Part shown: positions 43,400 to 56,984 of the stretch, in pieces
Position numbering within the stretch: the stretch's first letter is position 1
Layout: the number at the start of each line of letters is the position of its first letter
Assembly (NCBI RefSeq): GCF_009914755.1
Contig: NC_060926.1
DNA from: the human T2T-CHM13v2.0 reference genome, Homo sapiens
DNA length: 64,000 nucleotides
Direction: 5' to 3' (one strand)
Made by a program: the position numbers and the translations under genes
Notes under the pieces: model-generated
What the model saw: only the letters and a program-made list of their open reading frames with translations
Databases searched by the model: none
Told to the model about the DNA's origin: nothing

Positions 43400-44315
43400 C
43401 TGCCTAGCTTTAACAAAGGTCTTTTCAGCATCGATTGATTAAATCAATATGCTCTTTTTTTTTTTCTTCTCTTTCATTTTGTAGACATAATAACTAACGT
43501 ATTATGTTTATGGATTTTTCTGGTATCAAATCGTCTTTGTATTTCTGGGATAAACCTGTTTGTCATAGTGTATTACTTTTTGAATACTCTGTTTGGATTC
43601 GATTTTTATCATCTTATTTAGACTTGTAGCAAGTTTATTCCTAACATTAGTCTCCTATTTCCTTTTATTTTATTTTATTCTTTGTCCTTCCTTACAGGAT
43701 TAGACCACATTTGCTTAAGTGAATCAAAGAAATCTTTCTCTAAAGCCTAGAATAATTTACTTAATATTAGACTCACCTGTTCTCTAATGGTTAGCTAAAA
43801 CTCAGCTGTGAAACCATTGCTTCATAATGTTTTTAAATATTTATTGATTATTAATCTTCTGTTTTTTACAGTAGTTGGATTCTTCAGCTTTTCTACTTGT
43901 TCTTGAGTCAGTTTTGGTCATTTACATTTTGTAAGAAAATAAAGTTGCATGTTTTCAGGCAATGAAGTTGCATGTACATGTGACTGTCACCTTTTCATTT
44001 CTAATTACAAACATTTTTATTCCCTCTTTTCCTTCATCAGATTTTTGAAGACCATGATCTAATTTTTTTGTCTTTTCAAGAAAACTGCTTTTGGATTTAT
44101 TTGTCCTTTCTGCTTATTGTTTTGCTTTTTATATTATTTGTTTCAACTTCTATCTTTAATATTTTCTTCTTCCTAGTTTTTGTTACATTTTCTAATTCTT
44201 TTTCTAATTTTTAAGATGGATTTCTTTCTTTTTGTCTTTCTTCTATAAAACAAATATGTTTGCAGCTATAAATTTTCCTTTGAAGTCACTCTTAACTGTA
44301 TCTCAATTTTGGCAG
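43400..44315 (-). mobile_element. Ancient L1M ORF2 fragment
   Basis: T-rich reverse ORF2 (CTTTTCAGCATCGATTGA..., TGTATTTCTGGGATAAACC..., GCTATAAATTTTCCTTTGA). Confidence 0.65.
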
Positions 44316-44324
44316 GAAGTACAT

Positions 44325-44779
44325 GCTGTTTTTCTCCATCTGTACTCACTAGACTCATTCTTACCTTTTTCTGTTCTACTCTGTGCTCCTGGAACCCTTC
44401 CTTCATGGACTGTATCACCTCGGTTCTCTTGCTGAATAACTTTCAGTGGATTTTGGCCAATGGAAGGCAGCCGTGGGAAATCAGAGAACAGGAGAAAAGA
44501 GTTCTGCCCTACTCCCCACCCCAGTCCATCCTAGCAGTTTTTGCAGTGTTAATTGCTACATTTCTTCCAGGTACCATCTCATCCAGTGCACACTGTATTC
44601 CTCTAGCATGATTTACTCACCTTGTCCCTTCAAGCTTAGGGGTGACAACAGCTTCCCATTGTTGCCAGTCTTTGCAATGTTCCTTAATTCTGCCCAAACC
44701 TTTGAAAATAATCACTTTAGTAAAATCTATTCTGTTGAACCATCTGAATAGAGTTCTGCTTCCTGCTGGGATTGATACA
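44325..44779 (+). mobile_element. LTR33-like ERVL LTR
   Basis: CTCTGTGCTCCTGGA..ATGGACTGTATCAC..GGCCAATGGAAGGCA..CCCTTCAAGCTTAGGGGTGACAACAGCTTCCC..ends TGATACA. Confidence 0.6.
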
Positions 44780-44929
44780 AAATATTTATTGTGTGTAAAT
44801 GGCTTATTATTTCAAAATTGATTTCTTCTTTTATCCAGTATCAAGTCTTACTTAGGAGTATATTTCTTAATTACCAAAAGTTAAGACTCTATCAGTGTTA
44901 TTTTTTGTTACCTTTAGACTTACAGAGAC

Positions 44930-46085
<1,156 letters not shown>

Positions 46086-46097
46086 TAAATATTTACT

Positions 46098-46798
<701 letters not shown>

Positions 46799-47854
46799 CG
46801 AAGATAAATGTTTAAAATACAGAATAAGAAAACTAAGAATCTCTGCTTTCCTTTGTCAGGCAACCATGAACAAAACAACAAAATTAATCCGGGAGAAGAG
46901 AGCCCATAACCACGTAGTACAAATTACCTGAATCGGCCCCTATTTCTCAATCTCAGTAGTCCACTGGCCCAGTTTCCAGGGAGGCTCTTTAACACAAGCA
47001 GGAAAGGCAGTAGAGCCTCACTTTGCCCTCAAAATATTAGAGGCCTTTCTTCAGCTCAGCCAATACGCTATGTAATGTATTAATAATATCAATGTTCATT
47101 GTATTCCAAATGCCAAACTAGTATGTGTATTAAGCCTTTTTCAAATTTGATAATTGACTGCTTGAAATTTAAGAGCGGTTTTATTCTGTTTCTCACAGCA
47201 ATTTAATTTTTCCCTTAGTCATTCTCCCTCCTACGCCCCCACACTGAACAAATCTTCCTTCCTCCGTGTTATGGGGGGAATGGCTCCATAGCATAAATCT
47301 GGAAGCCGATCCTAAGCGCAAGGAACCAATTAGCTGCTAAGAAACACACTGCAGAGTTCTCTTGCCATTTTTTTTTTCCCTGAGATTTTGTGTTGTAATC
47401 ATAGCCCTGCAAAACCAGGAGCACTGACTGTACATCAGTACTGCAGCTGCTACCGCCTTCTTTCTGGACTTTGAGGGCCTCGTTAAGGGTACAGAAGACA
47501 GGGAGCCCAGGCCAGTGAGTGAAGAAGTCTGCAGGCCATTGCAAAGAAGAAGCTGGTATTTAACAGCTGGGGAACAAATCACCGTGAACAACTATTGTTC
47601 ATTTACCATAATGTCTCTGTTGATAATGTATAAGCATTTTAATGTAAATATTCTACTTTTTGTTAAAAATTTGCATAACATTTGATCACATAACCTGAAT
47701 GCAAAAGAAGAGCCTCTAGTTCAGAGATTCGCAAGTCCTAGTTGGAGGCCCCTACTAGAGCTGCATGGAAATATCTCAGGAGCTTCTGTGGCTGTCAGGG
47801 GAGGGGAGCAGTAATTCGTGAGCCCCTAAAAGCCTGAGCCGTTCCTCTTTTTTT

Positions 47855-47995
47855 TTTTTTCCATCATTTTACACATGGGAAAAACGAAGGCCTCCAGGAA
47901 GAAGGAAGAAATTTGCCCAGTATCACACAGCGAGCAGGTGGCAAAGCTGGAACCAAACACAGGTCTCCTGATTCCTGCTTCAGTATTTTCACAGC
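47855..47995 (-). mobile_element. MIR
   Basis: CATTTTACACATGGGAAAAACGAAGGC...TTTGCCCAGTATCACACAGC. Confidence 0.65.
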
Positions 47996-49276
47996 TGTCT
48001 TTTCCTGCCTTTCTTATTTTTGGTGCTTTTCTCCTTATCAAAACTAAAAATGTATTCCTTTTTAGAGCGCTATGGAGATGTTACTTCTAGGCATTTCCCC
48101 TAAGGAGAGAAGTTTGATAAATTATTTAAATATCCACTTTTCTCTGCTAAAATGTATACTGTGTTTTTCTCTAGGTAAAATGTGAAAACACTTATTTTAC
48201 CAAGCCATTTATATGCACCATTTTTCTTCTCAAAAGCTTCCCCTCTCCCATATCCATTGCTTTGTAAACCCCAAGGACGTTATAATGAAATATTGATTGT
48301 CCTCTCTCTTGTCTTCACCCTGGTCTAATGCCCCTATAGCTTCAGAATAATTTTGGTTGAGGAAGTACTAATTCAGAAATGTGTTTCTACATTTGGCTTT
48401 TTTTTTTTTTTCCAAAGACAGCACACAATATTGGCCAGGGAGTGTGCACCAGCATCTCAGCACATCAGCTCCTCTTTGCAGCATCTCCTGTTGAGACATC
48501 ACATCTCATCAGCAGCAAGGATGTTGAATTTCTGGCCTCAGAAGGGATCTTTCCATTCTCAGGAGATGACAAGTTTATTAAGAAGGCGGTGGTTAACAAT
48601 GAGACTGTGGTCTTTGGAAGTGAGGAGGAACTGTCTGGGCCTCCATTATAAGAGGGACACGGTTGGCTCCTGGGAAGACTGGGGGTTATTTGCCCTCATA
48701 GCACATCCTAAGGCTTGATGTTGGACACTTTCCTGGCTGGGCCAGAGTGAGGTGGGGAGCAATGCTGAGGAGGGTCCCAGTGTTTGTTCAAAATAGTAGG
48801 AGTTTTGGTCTGCTGAAATTTGTTCCAGGTTTAGAATCAGAAGAACCTAGGCTTAAAGGCCTTTCCATGGCCTACAGACTCCGCTAACTTGGACAATTTA
48901 ATTTGCCTTTGCTTATATTTCTTATAAACTAGAGATAAATAAGGACTGCCTTTTTATTGATTTTGTGAGGATTTAATCAGCTAATTCACATTAAATGCTA
49001 ACATGTGCTTGCAGATCCTTAGGAAATGTAAAGCCTCTCTCTTCCTTGAAAAGGTGAAAAATAATGTTGGTGTTTCTAAGGAGACACAGGGTAGCTTTTC
49101 CTAGTAAGACTTGAGAGGTGCTAGGGAAATCAATTTCCCATGGCTAGTCATTATGAAATGGACCCATATGTGAAGTTATACCCATTAAAAACAACAAATG
49201 GCAGAAAGGAGAGAGAAAGAGAGGGTTTCAGACTAGAAGAGCTATTCTGTGTTTCTAAGCCGCATAGTAAGTCACT

Positions 49277-49645
49277 TGATATGGTTTGGCTCTCTGTCCC
49301 CACCCAAATCTCATCTTGAATTATACTCTCATAATTCCCACATGTTGTGGGAGGGACCCAGTGGGAGATAACTGAATCCTGGGGGTGGTTTCCCCCACAC
49401 TGTTTTCTTGGTAGTGAATAAGTCTCACAAGATCTGATGGTTTTATCAGGGGTTTCTGCTTTTATGTCTTCCTCATTCTCTCTTTGCCTGCTGCCATCCA
49501 TATAAGACCGAACTTGTTCCTCCTTGTCTTCCACCATGATTATGAGGCTTCCCCAGCCATGTGGAACTGTAAGTTCAATTAAATCTCTTTCCTTTCTAAA
49601 CTGTCCAGTCTCAGGTATGTCTTTATCAGCAGTGTAAAAATGAAC
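49277..49645 (+). mobile_element. THE1A/B solo LTR (MaLR), last few bases missing
   Basis: TGATATGGTTTGGCT..CCCCACCCAAATCTCATCTTGAATT..GTCTCAGGTATGTCTTTATCAGCAG. Confidence 0.92.
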
Positions 49646-49699
49646 CTGGACCTTACTATTGTCTCTATGGTTCTGTAGCTTGAGTTCTAGTTGGAACTA

Positions 49700-50095
49700 T
49701 TGTGTCTACGTTTCTGTAGTTTGGGAACTTTTATGGGCCTCACTTGGGGTCTCTCATGTGGTTTCAGTCATATGGTGGCTAAATGGGTCTCATCTGGAAG
49801 CTCCACCTGGAAACTAGGGTGGCCAGGCATTTCCTCCCCCAGTGGTCTCTCCAGCAGGGTGGCTGGACTTCTTAGGTGGCAGCTCTGTGTTCCCAAAAAG
49901 CAGGAGATCCAAGAGGAAGGAAGCAGAAGCTTCCAGGTTTTCTTAATGCCTGGACTCAAAGCCCAAGAACATTACTTCCTCCACATTCTGCAGTAAAGCA
50001 GTCCCAGGCCCAGCCCAGACAGAAGAGGTGGGGACAGAAAAGCTGCCCAGAGAGGCCTCAGAGACCTGTGCCCACAGCAGTCCAGATGGCTGAAG
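49700..50095 (-). mobile_element. Old MLT1 LTR fragment
   Basis: TCATCTGGAAGCTCCACCTGG..GGTCTCTCCAGCAGGGTGGCTGGACTTCTTA..CATTACTTCCTCCACATTCTG. Confidence 0.6.
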
Positions 50096-52259
50096 TCCAT
50101 GAGTAATACTAGCCTGTGTTTTGCACACAGAACCTTTTCACTAAATAAATGTCAAATGACTAAATGAACACATAAATAATTTTCCTTAGTCCAGATCATT
50201 TTTTAGTTTCTGGTTAAATAAAATGAAGAAGGGTTAAATTTGTGGCTGGCTCATCTGCAGCAGCTGCCATTTAGAATGTTGTTAAGCTCAGCACAGGCTC
50301 TTCAGATAGATTATTTTCCATACCCATTTAACTAGCAACTGTGTTGATAGGCCATTCATGAGCTTGCCTTAAAAACATTGCTGATTTTACAGTCTAATAT
50401 TTTAAAAGACCATATGACTTGATGTGATCATAACCAATTTAACTTGGAACTGGTTGTGTGGTTGTTGTTTTCAAAACACTTCTGCCCATTCTTTCAGGGT
50501 CCTTTAAAAAACAAGGTCACAACTTTTTTTTTTTTTTTCCCAGCCTCAGGTATCAGGCTCCTGAAATTATTTTTTACCCTGGGAAACGGGCCACCTGGAG
50601 CCCATGATTTCAGGAGCCTAAGAAAAGAAACACATCTACAAGTTTGTGGCTCTCTCACCTGCTGACTGCTTTCAGGGAGCAAAGTAATTCATTCCACAAA
50701 GTAAAAGTTGGCTTACAAGAAAGAGAGGGTTCATAGAATCTTTACTAAGACATCAGTGATCAGTGACTATTGCTAGATGCTCCAGGAGAGCAGTTATAAA
50801 AGGGGAGGGGGAGATAACATTAGAACAAAAGGACATCCAAAAAGTGGTTAGAAAGAATGGAAATGAGAGTTCCGAAGTCGATTTTAAGTCACATGCTTTT
50901 TTTTTTTTTTGACTGGTTCTAGCCAATTCTTCAGGAAAGAAAAAGACCTACCCATTTGCTCAGCTGCTTTTCTCTCTCACCATGAGACTCCCTGGCCTAA
51001 TATTAAACACGCCTTCCATGATCCATTCCACCTTTCTAAGTATTCAGTGCAAGATGCATAAGCATGCTCAACAAATATTTGAAGACAGAAAAAAGGCATG
51101 AATGACATATCAATTTTCCCACTAAATGTGCCTGTTTCAGCTGTATTAAAAGGCTTACTCTGTTCCAAGAAGAAAAAAAAAGGAAACTGAGATTTTTACC
51201 ACTTTTGCCTTTTTTGTACAGGTATTCCTTTCATCTGCTATGTCCTACTTTGTGAAATTTCACCACTGAAATTCTATTCATCCTTTATGGTTTGGTTATG
51301 GTTTGGTTATAAATGCCAGGAAACCTTCCCAAATCTCCGCACCTATAAAGAATTCCTTCTCTTCTATATCACCCAATAAGTTCATTACTTCTAAAATAAC
51401 AACTCCATTATGCCCAGTATTAATTTGACAAACTTTTCTGAATGGCAAGATGGGCACTGGAGCATACAGATCTGAATAAGGTGAAGTCCTATTCTTAAGA
51501 GAAGGAGAGAAAGAAATTTTTCAGCAGTCGCACAAGGCATGATAAGTTCAAGAACAAAGTATGCACAGGGCATAGTAACTAGCACAAAGGAAGCAGAAGA
51601 ACTTCAGGGGAGACACAGCATCAGGAAATATCTGTGAAAGGAGGTGACACTGGATTAAGGAAATAAAAGGAAATCATTCCATACTAACCATCTGCAAAGG
51701 CTTGAACCTGAATATCTATGCCAAGTTTGTAATTCCATATGGCTACGGGGGTAGTGGCTGATACTTGAGGTCCACAAGATAGGGACTTGCACTGACAGCC
51801 TTGGGGTCTATCTTAAGGACTTGAAATTCCCATGGAGGTGAGGGAAAGTCACTGCCAGGTTTAAGCACAGGCACAGCTCATTTCTTGTCCATCTTTGTAA
51901 CCCTAGGGTCAACAGCATGGTGCCTGGAAATAACAATAATGTCAGCATATATTGAGTGCTAACTGTGTGCCTGGCACTGTGACAGTCACTTCACATGGAT
52001 TAGTTAGTAGGTGCTCAATAAAAGTATATTCCATAATCAAATGGAATTGCAGCTCCATTCCAACCAGACTGGGTAAAAATAGAAACTGTCATTATAGCTT
52101 TAGCAGAGAGAGTTCAAAAAATTATAAGTTTAAAGGAGTTTAGTAATAAAAAAGAATCAGAATAAAGGAGAAAATTTGATTATTCTTCAGCTAAAGGCCA
52201 AACCAGAAAGACTCAGGTAATTTTAAAAAAAAAAATCGGAAGGGTAATTTTTTAAGTGG

Positions 52260-52405
52260 TAAAAGAGCTAAAGAGGATTTTATAAACACTTTAAGGGATA
52301 AAAAGATAAACCACAGAGAAAAATGGATCTTCTAATAAATGACGAGGAAAAGAGAATTAACAATAAATGAGAACAGCTGAAATACTGAACTCATCCTTTG
52401 CAAGA
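52260..52405 (+). mobile_element. Possible CR1/L3 ORF2 remnant
   Basis: Frameshifted translation GFYKHFKG*KDKPQRKMDLLINDEEKRIN..TAEILNSSFA resembles CR1 'FYKYI..K..VGPLLNGEG.LITDD.EKAEVLNAFFAS'. Confidence 0.45.
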
Positions 52406-52817
52406 AAAATGAGGGGAAATAACTTAGATTCTTAGGAAGTAATAAAAATCTTGCAAAATACTTAATAGGGATAGAAATCTAGTAAGGAAATATTCATTAA
52501 ACTTAATTCATCATTTTTAAATACACAGCCCACAGCCCTCACAAGTTTCATCTCTACCAGGAATCAGACTAGAGTTAGCTCTCTCCTTCAGTGATGGCTC
52601 CTGAAAACATTGACCTTGAAAAAAGACTAAATGTGCTGTGGAAGGACAGTTCCACAAGCAGGAATGGACCCTGGACAATGCCCAAGAAAGCACATGCTGG
52701 GAACAGCAGTGACATGCTTGGAAACACCCATGGGATCTGGCTGTCCTCTCGCGATAACAGCCTCCCACCAGAAAATGCACCACTGAGCTTTTATGAGTCA
52801 CTCAAGCTGTCTTGTGA

Positions 52818-53258
<441 letters not shown>

Positions 53259-54736
53259 TAAGGAGAGAAGGAGAGAGAAAAACAGAGAGATACACACAGA
53301 GAGAAGCTCTGTATATGTAGACCCATGTGTAGAATATCTGTGCAAACATTGGAAAATGGCCAGGGAGATGGTCTGAAGCATTGCTTCCTGTCTTAAATGT
53401 CAGCCTGGGAATTTTGCTCATTGGCAATGAGACCTATTCCCTGATCAAAATTATAATCATCAACACAAGACTGAAACTTGAGCTTCTGGGAGGTTGGGAA
53501 AAGGGGAGGAGTATCGAAAAATGGTAATAAGTTTATAAGGAGGTAATTCAGACTGGAATTGGTAGGTAATTAATCAAATACACAGAATCTCAAAGCCAGA
53601 AAGTCTGAGAAGAAGGGGTTCCAACAAAATCCACACAAATAGTTATTATTAGAGCACATTGGCCATTCTGAGGAAAATAAACAAGGTGAGAATGTTCTGT
53701 CAGGGAACCAAAGAATAGGCAGTCACATGGGTAAGCCCATGATAAAAGCTAGGCTAAAAGAAGAGAGACAGCAAAGGCACAGTTTGAACCAATGGCAAAG
53801 ACCCATCCCAGTGAAAGGCAATTTGTGGCAAGAAGCTTTGATGAATGAAAAAAAAAAATGAAAAAATAAGAGAACAAACCAAGACCTTCTACATACAGTG
53901 TCTTGGCCTCTCCAGGGTGTCCTAGCGTGTAAGGGCCAACCACAATATTTTGCAACCCATTTTCTAGTGGTGGCCAAGCCTTTTAATGATAATACAAGCA
54001 ATTCCATCTGCAGAAGATGGTTAAATTCAGTCAGTATTAGCATCTTCTGAATGTCACAGGATCTCTACATGCTACATCCAGACTTTTTTAAATTTGTGAA
54101 ATAAGCTTTGCAAAAAAAAAAAAAAGAAAGAAACATGTTGAAAATAAAAACCAGAAATTGGTAAAGCCAAATGAAAAATACATATAAAGTATTTTCCAAG
54201 AGTGTTGATAACAGCCTTGTGTGTTCAGAAGACACCCCCAGGTGACAAAGTGGACCTGGCCCAGCACTTCAGGAAAAGCTGCTCCCATGTGACTCCCACC
54301 ACTTTGAAGGAGTACCTGTCATTGGCCTTTCACTGAAATGCATGAAAAGAAAACAATAGGGGGTGGAGGAGAATCTTAAAGCCACATTGGCAGTATCACT
54401 ATCCCCAGAACCAGCTTCTCACTAGAACTGAAACGAGACACTTTGAGGAAAACTTTCACGTTAGTACAAAAACCACACAACTGTTTTCACAGGAGCAGAA
54501 TAATGATCAAAATCATGGTTTCAAAGGAATCGGGGAGCAAAAGTCAACACTGGAGCTCAACATTGCCTTTTTACAGCTGAGAAAATCGAAGTTCAGGGGA
54601 GAAGCATGCCTGTCCCCCCCATCCCCCTGTCACACCTGATGGGATGTTAGACACAGCAGGGCCTGAGGGTGGGGGGAGGCGTGCCCAGCAAGGCAGAGGG
54701 CAATGGAAAGAGGAGACCCAGGAGAAGTGCCGGTTA

Positions 54737-54755
54737 CCACCTGCAGGGGGCGGCA
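54737..54755 (+). promoter_or_regulatory. Candidate CTCF-binding site
   Basis: CCACCTGCAGGGGGCGGCA matches the CTCF core CCNSYAGRKGGCRS inside a small CpG-retaining patch. Confidence 0.6.
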
Positions 54756-55286
54756 TCGAGCGCCCTCCATAGGCTACCCCATTAGGTTGGGCGAGGCGCT
54801 CCCTTCTGGACACTCAGAGAAACGGGGGCATTTCTCATTTTGTGTTTTCACATTTTATAATTATCTGTATTTTTCTTTTCCATCTAGACCACCAGCTCTA
54901 AGAGGGCAAGGGATGTGTATTAGTCAGAGTTCTACAGAGAAACAGAACTAATAGGATAAATGTACATATGAAAGGGAGTTTATTAGGGAGAACTGGCTCA
55001 CACGATCACGAGGTGAAGTCCTACCATACGCCATCTGCAAGCTGGGGAAGAAGGAAGCCAGTAATGGCTCAGTCTGAGTCCAGAAACCTCAAAAACAGGA
55101 AAGTCGACAGTGCAGCCTTCAGTCTGTGACCCAAGGCCCGAGAGCCCCTGGCAAACCACTGATATAAGTCCAAGAGTCCAAAGGCGGAAGAACCTGGATT
55201 GTGATGTCCAAGGGCAGGAAGCATCCAGCACGGGAGAAAGATGGAGGCTGGAAGACTCAGCAAGTCGGCTTATCCCACCTTCTTCC

Positions 55287-55464
55287 AGTATGACAGGCTG
55301 ATAGGCTGTGTCACAGTCAGCTGTAACTCAGTATGATAGGCTGTGTCACAGTCAGCTGTGACTCAGTATGATAGGCTGTGTCACAGTCAGCTGTGACTCA
55401 GTATGATAGGCTGTGTCACAGTCAGCTGTGACTCAGTATGATAGGCTGTGTCACAGTCAGCTGT
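55287..55464 (+). repeat. 35-bp minisatellite, ~5 copies (AGTATGATAGGCTGTGTCACAGTCAGCTGTGACTC)
   Basis: Units start at 55287 (variant), 55330, 55365, 55400 and 55435 (partial). Confidence 0.97.
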
Positions 55465-55551
55465 ATACACTGAACTGAACACCTGCTATTCTGGCAGGCA
55501 CTGTGCGCAATTTGTGTCTACGTATTTCATCTAATCCTAAAAGTAACTCTA

Positions 55552-55839
55552 GGCCGGGCGCGGTGGCTCAAGCCTGTAATCCCAGCACTTTGGGAGGCCG
55601 AGGCAGGCGGATCACAAGGTCAGGAGATCGAGACCATCCTGGCTAACACGGTGAAACGCTGTCTCTACTAAAAATACAAAAAATTAGCCAGGCGCAGTGG
55701 CGGGCGCCTGTAGTCCCAGCTAATTGGGAGGCTGAGGCAGGAGAATGGTGTGAACCCGGGAAGCGGAGCTTGCAGTGAGCCGGTCGCACCACCGCACTCC
55801 AGCCTGGGCGACAGAGTGAGACTCCGTCTCAAAAAAAAA
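55552..55839 (+). mobile_element. AluY inside the templated insertion
   Basis: AluY diagnostics; TSD AAAAGTAACTCTA / AGAAGTAACTCTG. Confidence 0.96.
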
Positions 55840-56875
55840 GAAGTAACTCTGAACAGTAGGTGTTTATGCTCTGTTCCAGGCGCACTGGCAGCAGATTGGA
55901 TGGTGCCCACCCACATTGAAGGTGGGTATTCCTCTCCAGTTCACAGACTCAAATGTCCATCTCCTCTGGCAACATCTTCACAGACACACCCAGAAATACT
56001 TTACCAGCCATCTAGACATCTTTCAATCCAATCAAGTTGACATCTAATATTAACCATCACTGTGCGCAACCTATTAAATGGAGTAACTCTAGTGAGTGCT
56101 CAGTAAATGTTTGTTGAATAAACAAATGGATGAACGAACTAACTGAAGACTCCAAAAGTAAATTGTTGAAGAACCCAGACATGGAACCATAAAACCAGAG
56201 CAGAGAACCACATGCTGCTCAGTGCCTCCTGTGCCCAGCTGTCCCGCTCGGTGGCTGCGGGAGACTTGGGCCAACAACCCAACTCTCTCTGGTGCCCCTG
56301 CCTTGCTCTCTGTGGACTCCTCAGGGAATAAGTAACCAAATAGCCTGGCCAACAGAGAAATAAACAAGATCTGTCAAATGCCGATGACCTATTTATCTGC
56401 CTCCTTCATGTGTTTTGAACTGAATGCCATGTGAGAAAAGTGACCTGGTTGAAGTGTTTGTAATCTGGGAAGATCAAAATAAGATTCATCCTAATGAAAG
56501 CATTGCAGGCCACACGTGACCCATGTGTGTTCAGGGAGGTAAGGATAGAGGGTGGTTGCTGAATGGGTGGGTTGCCTCTTCTTTACAATGCCTTCATTAT
56601 GTAAATCCCATCGAGGCTCAAAGGCAACTTCCCCAAGGAGGCTTGTACAATGCCCCATTCAAAAACACCTTCTATCTCTAAACTCTCAGCGCACTTTCTT
56701 TGTCTCAATGTGATAGGCTGTGTCACAGTCAGCTGCATACACTGATGAGTACGCTTGTCTGTACAATATTATCAAATCGGGAGCTTCCCAAGGGCAAGGA
56801 ATATTCCTAACACATCACTTTATTCCCACTCCGTAATTCAATTTCTGGAACACAGTAGGCACTCCAGCAGTGGTA

Positions 56876-56877
<2 letters not shown>

Positions 56878-56909
<32 letters not shown>

Positions 56910-56978
56910 TTAGTAGTAGTAGTAGTAGCAACAGTACTAATAGTAGCAGCGGCAGCAGCAGCCACCGCCACAGCAGTA
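56878..56978 (+). repeat. Compound triplet repeat (CAG)7(TAG)3TAT(TAG)6 plus degenerate CAG/TAG tail
   Basis: Read directly from the sequence. Confidence 0.95.
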
Positions 56979-56984
56979 CCTACC

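Larger units (their letters stand above)
54916..56060 (-). mobile_element. MLT2A2-type (HERV-L) solo LTR in two pieces: 54916-55286 and ~55866-56060
   Basis: TGTATTAGTCAGAGTTCT..GAAGACTCAGCAAG..CCCACCTTCTTC | TGCTCTGTTCCAGGCGCACTGGCAGCAGATTGGATGG..CAAGTTGACATCTAATATTAACCATCAC. Confidence 0.9.

Noticed and set aside
48353-48718. Overlapping 90-121 aa ORFs in unique sequence
   Set aside because: No recognisable homology, a poly-T-derived Phe run and no convincing splice pair.
55287-55464. 35-bp palindromic repeats as a CRISPR array
   Set aside because: The units are head-to-tail with no unique spacers, there are no cas genes, and the context is a primate genome; it is a minisatellite.
55287-55865. 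Insert as a spliced retrocopy of a local transcript
   Set aside because: No GT-AG (or CT-AC) at the skipped segment, no poly(A) and no TSD around the insert.
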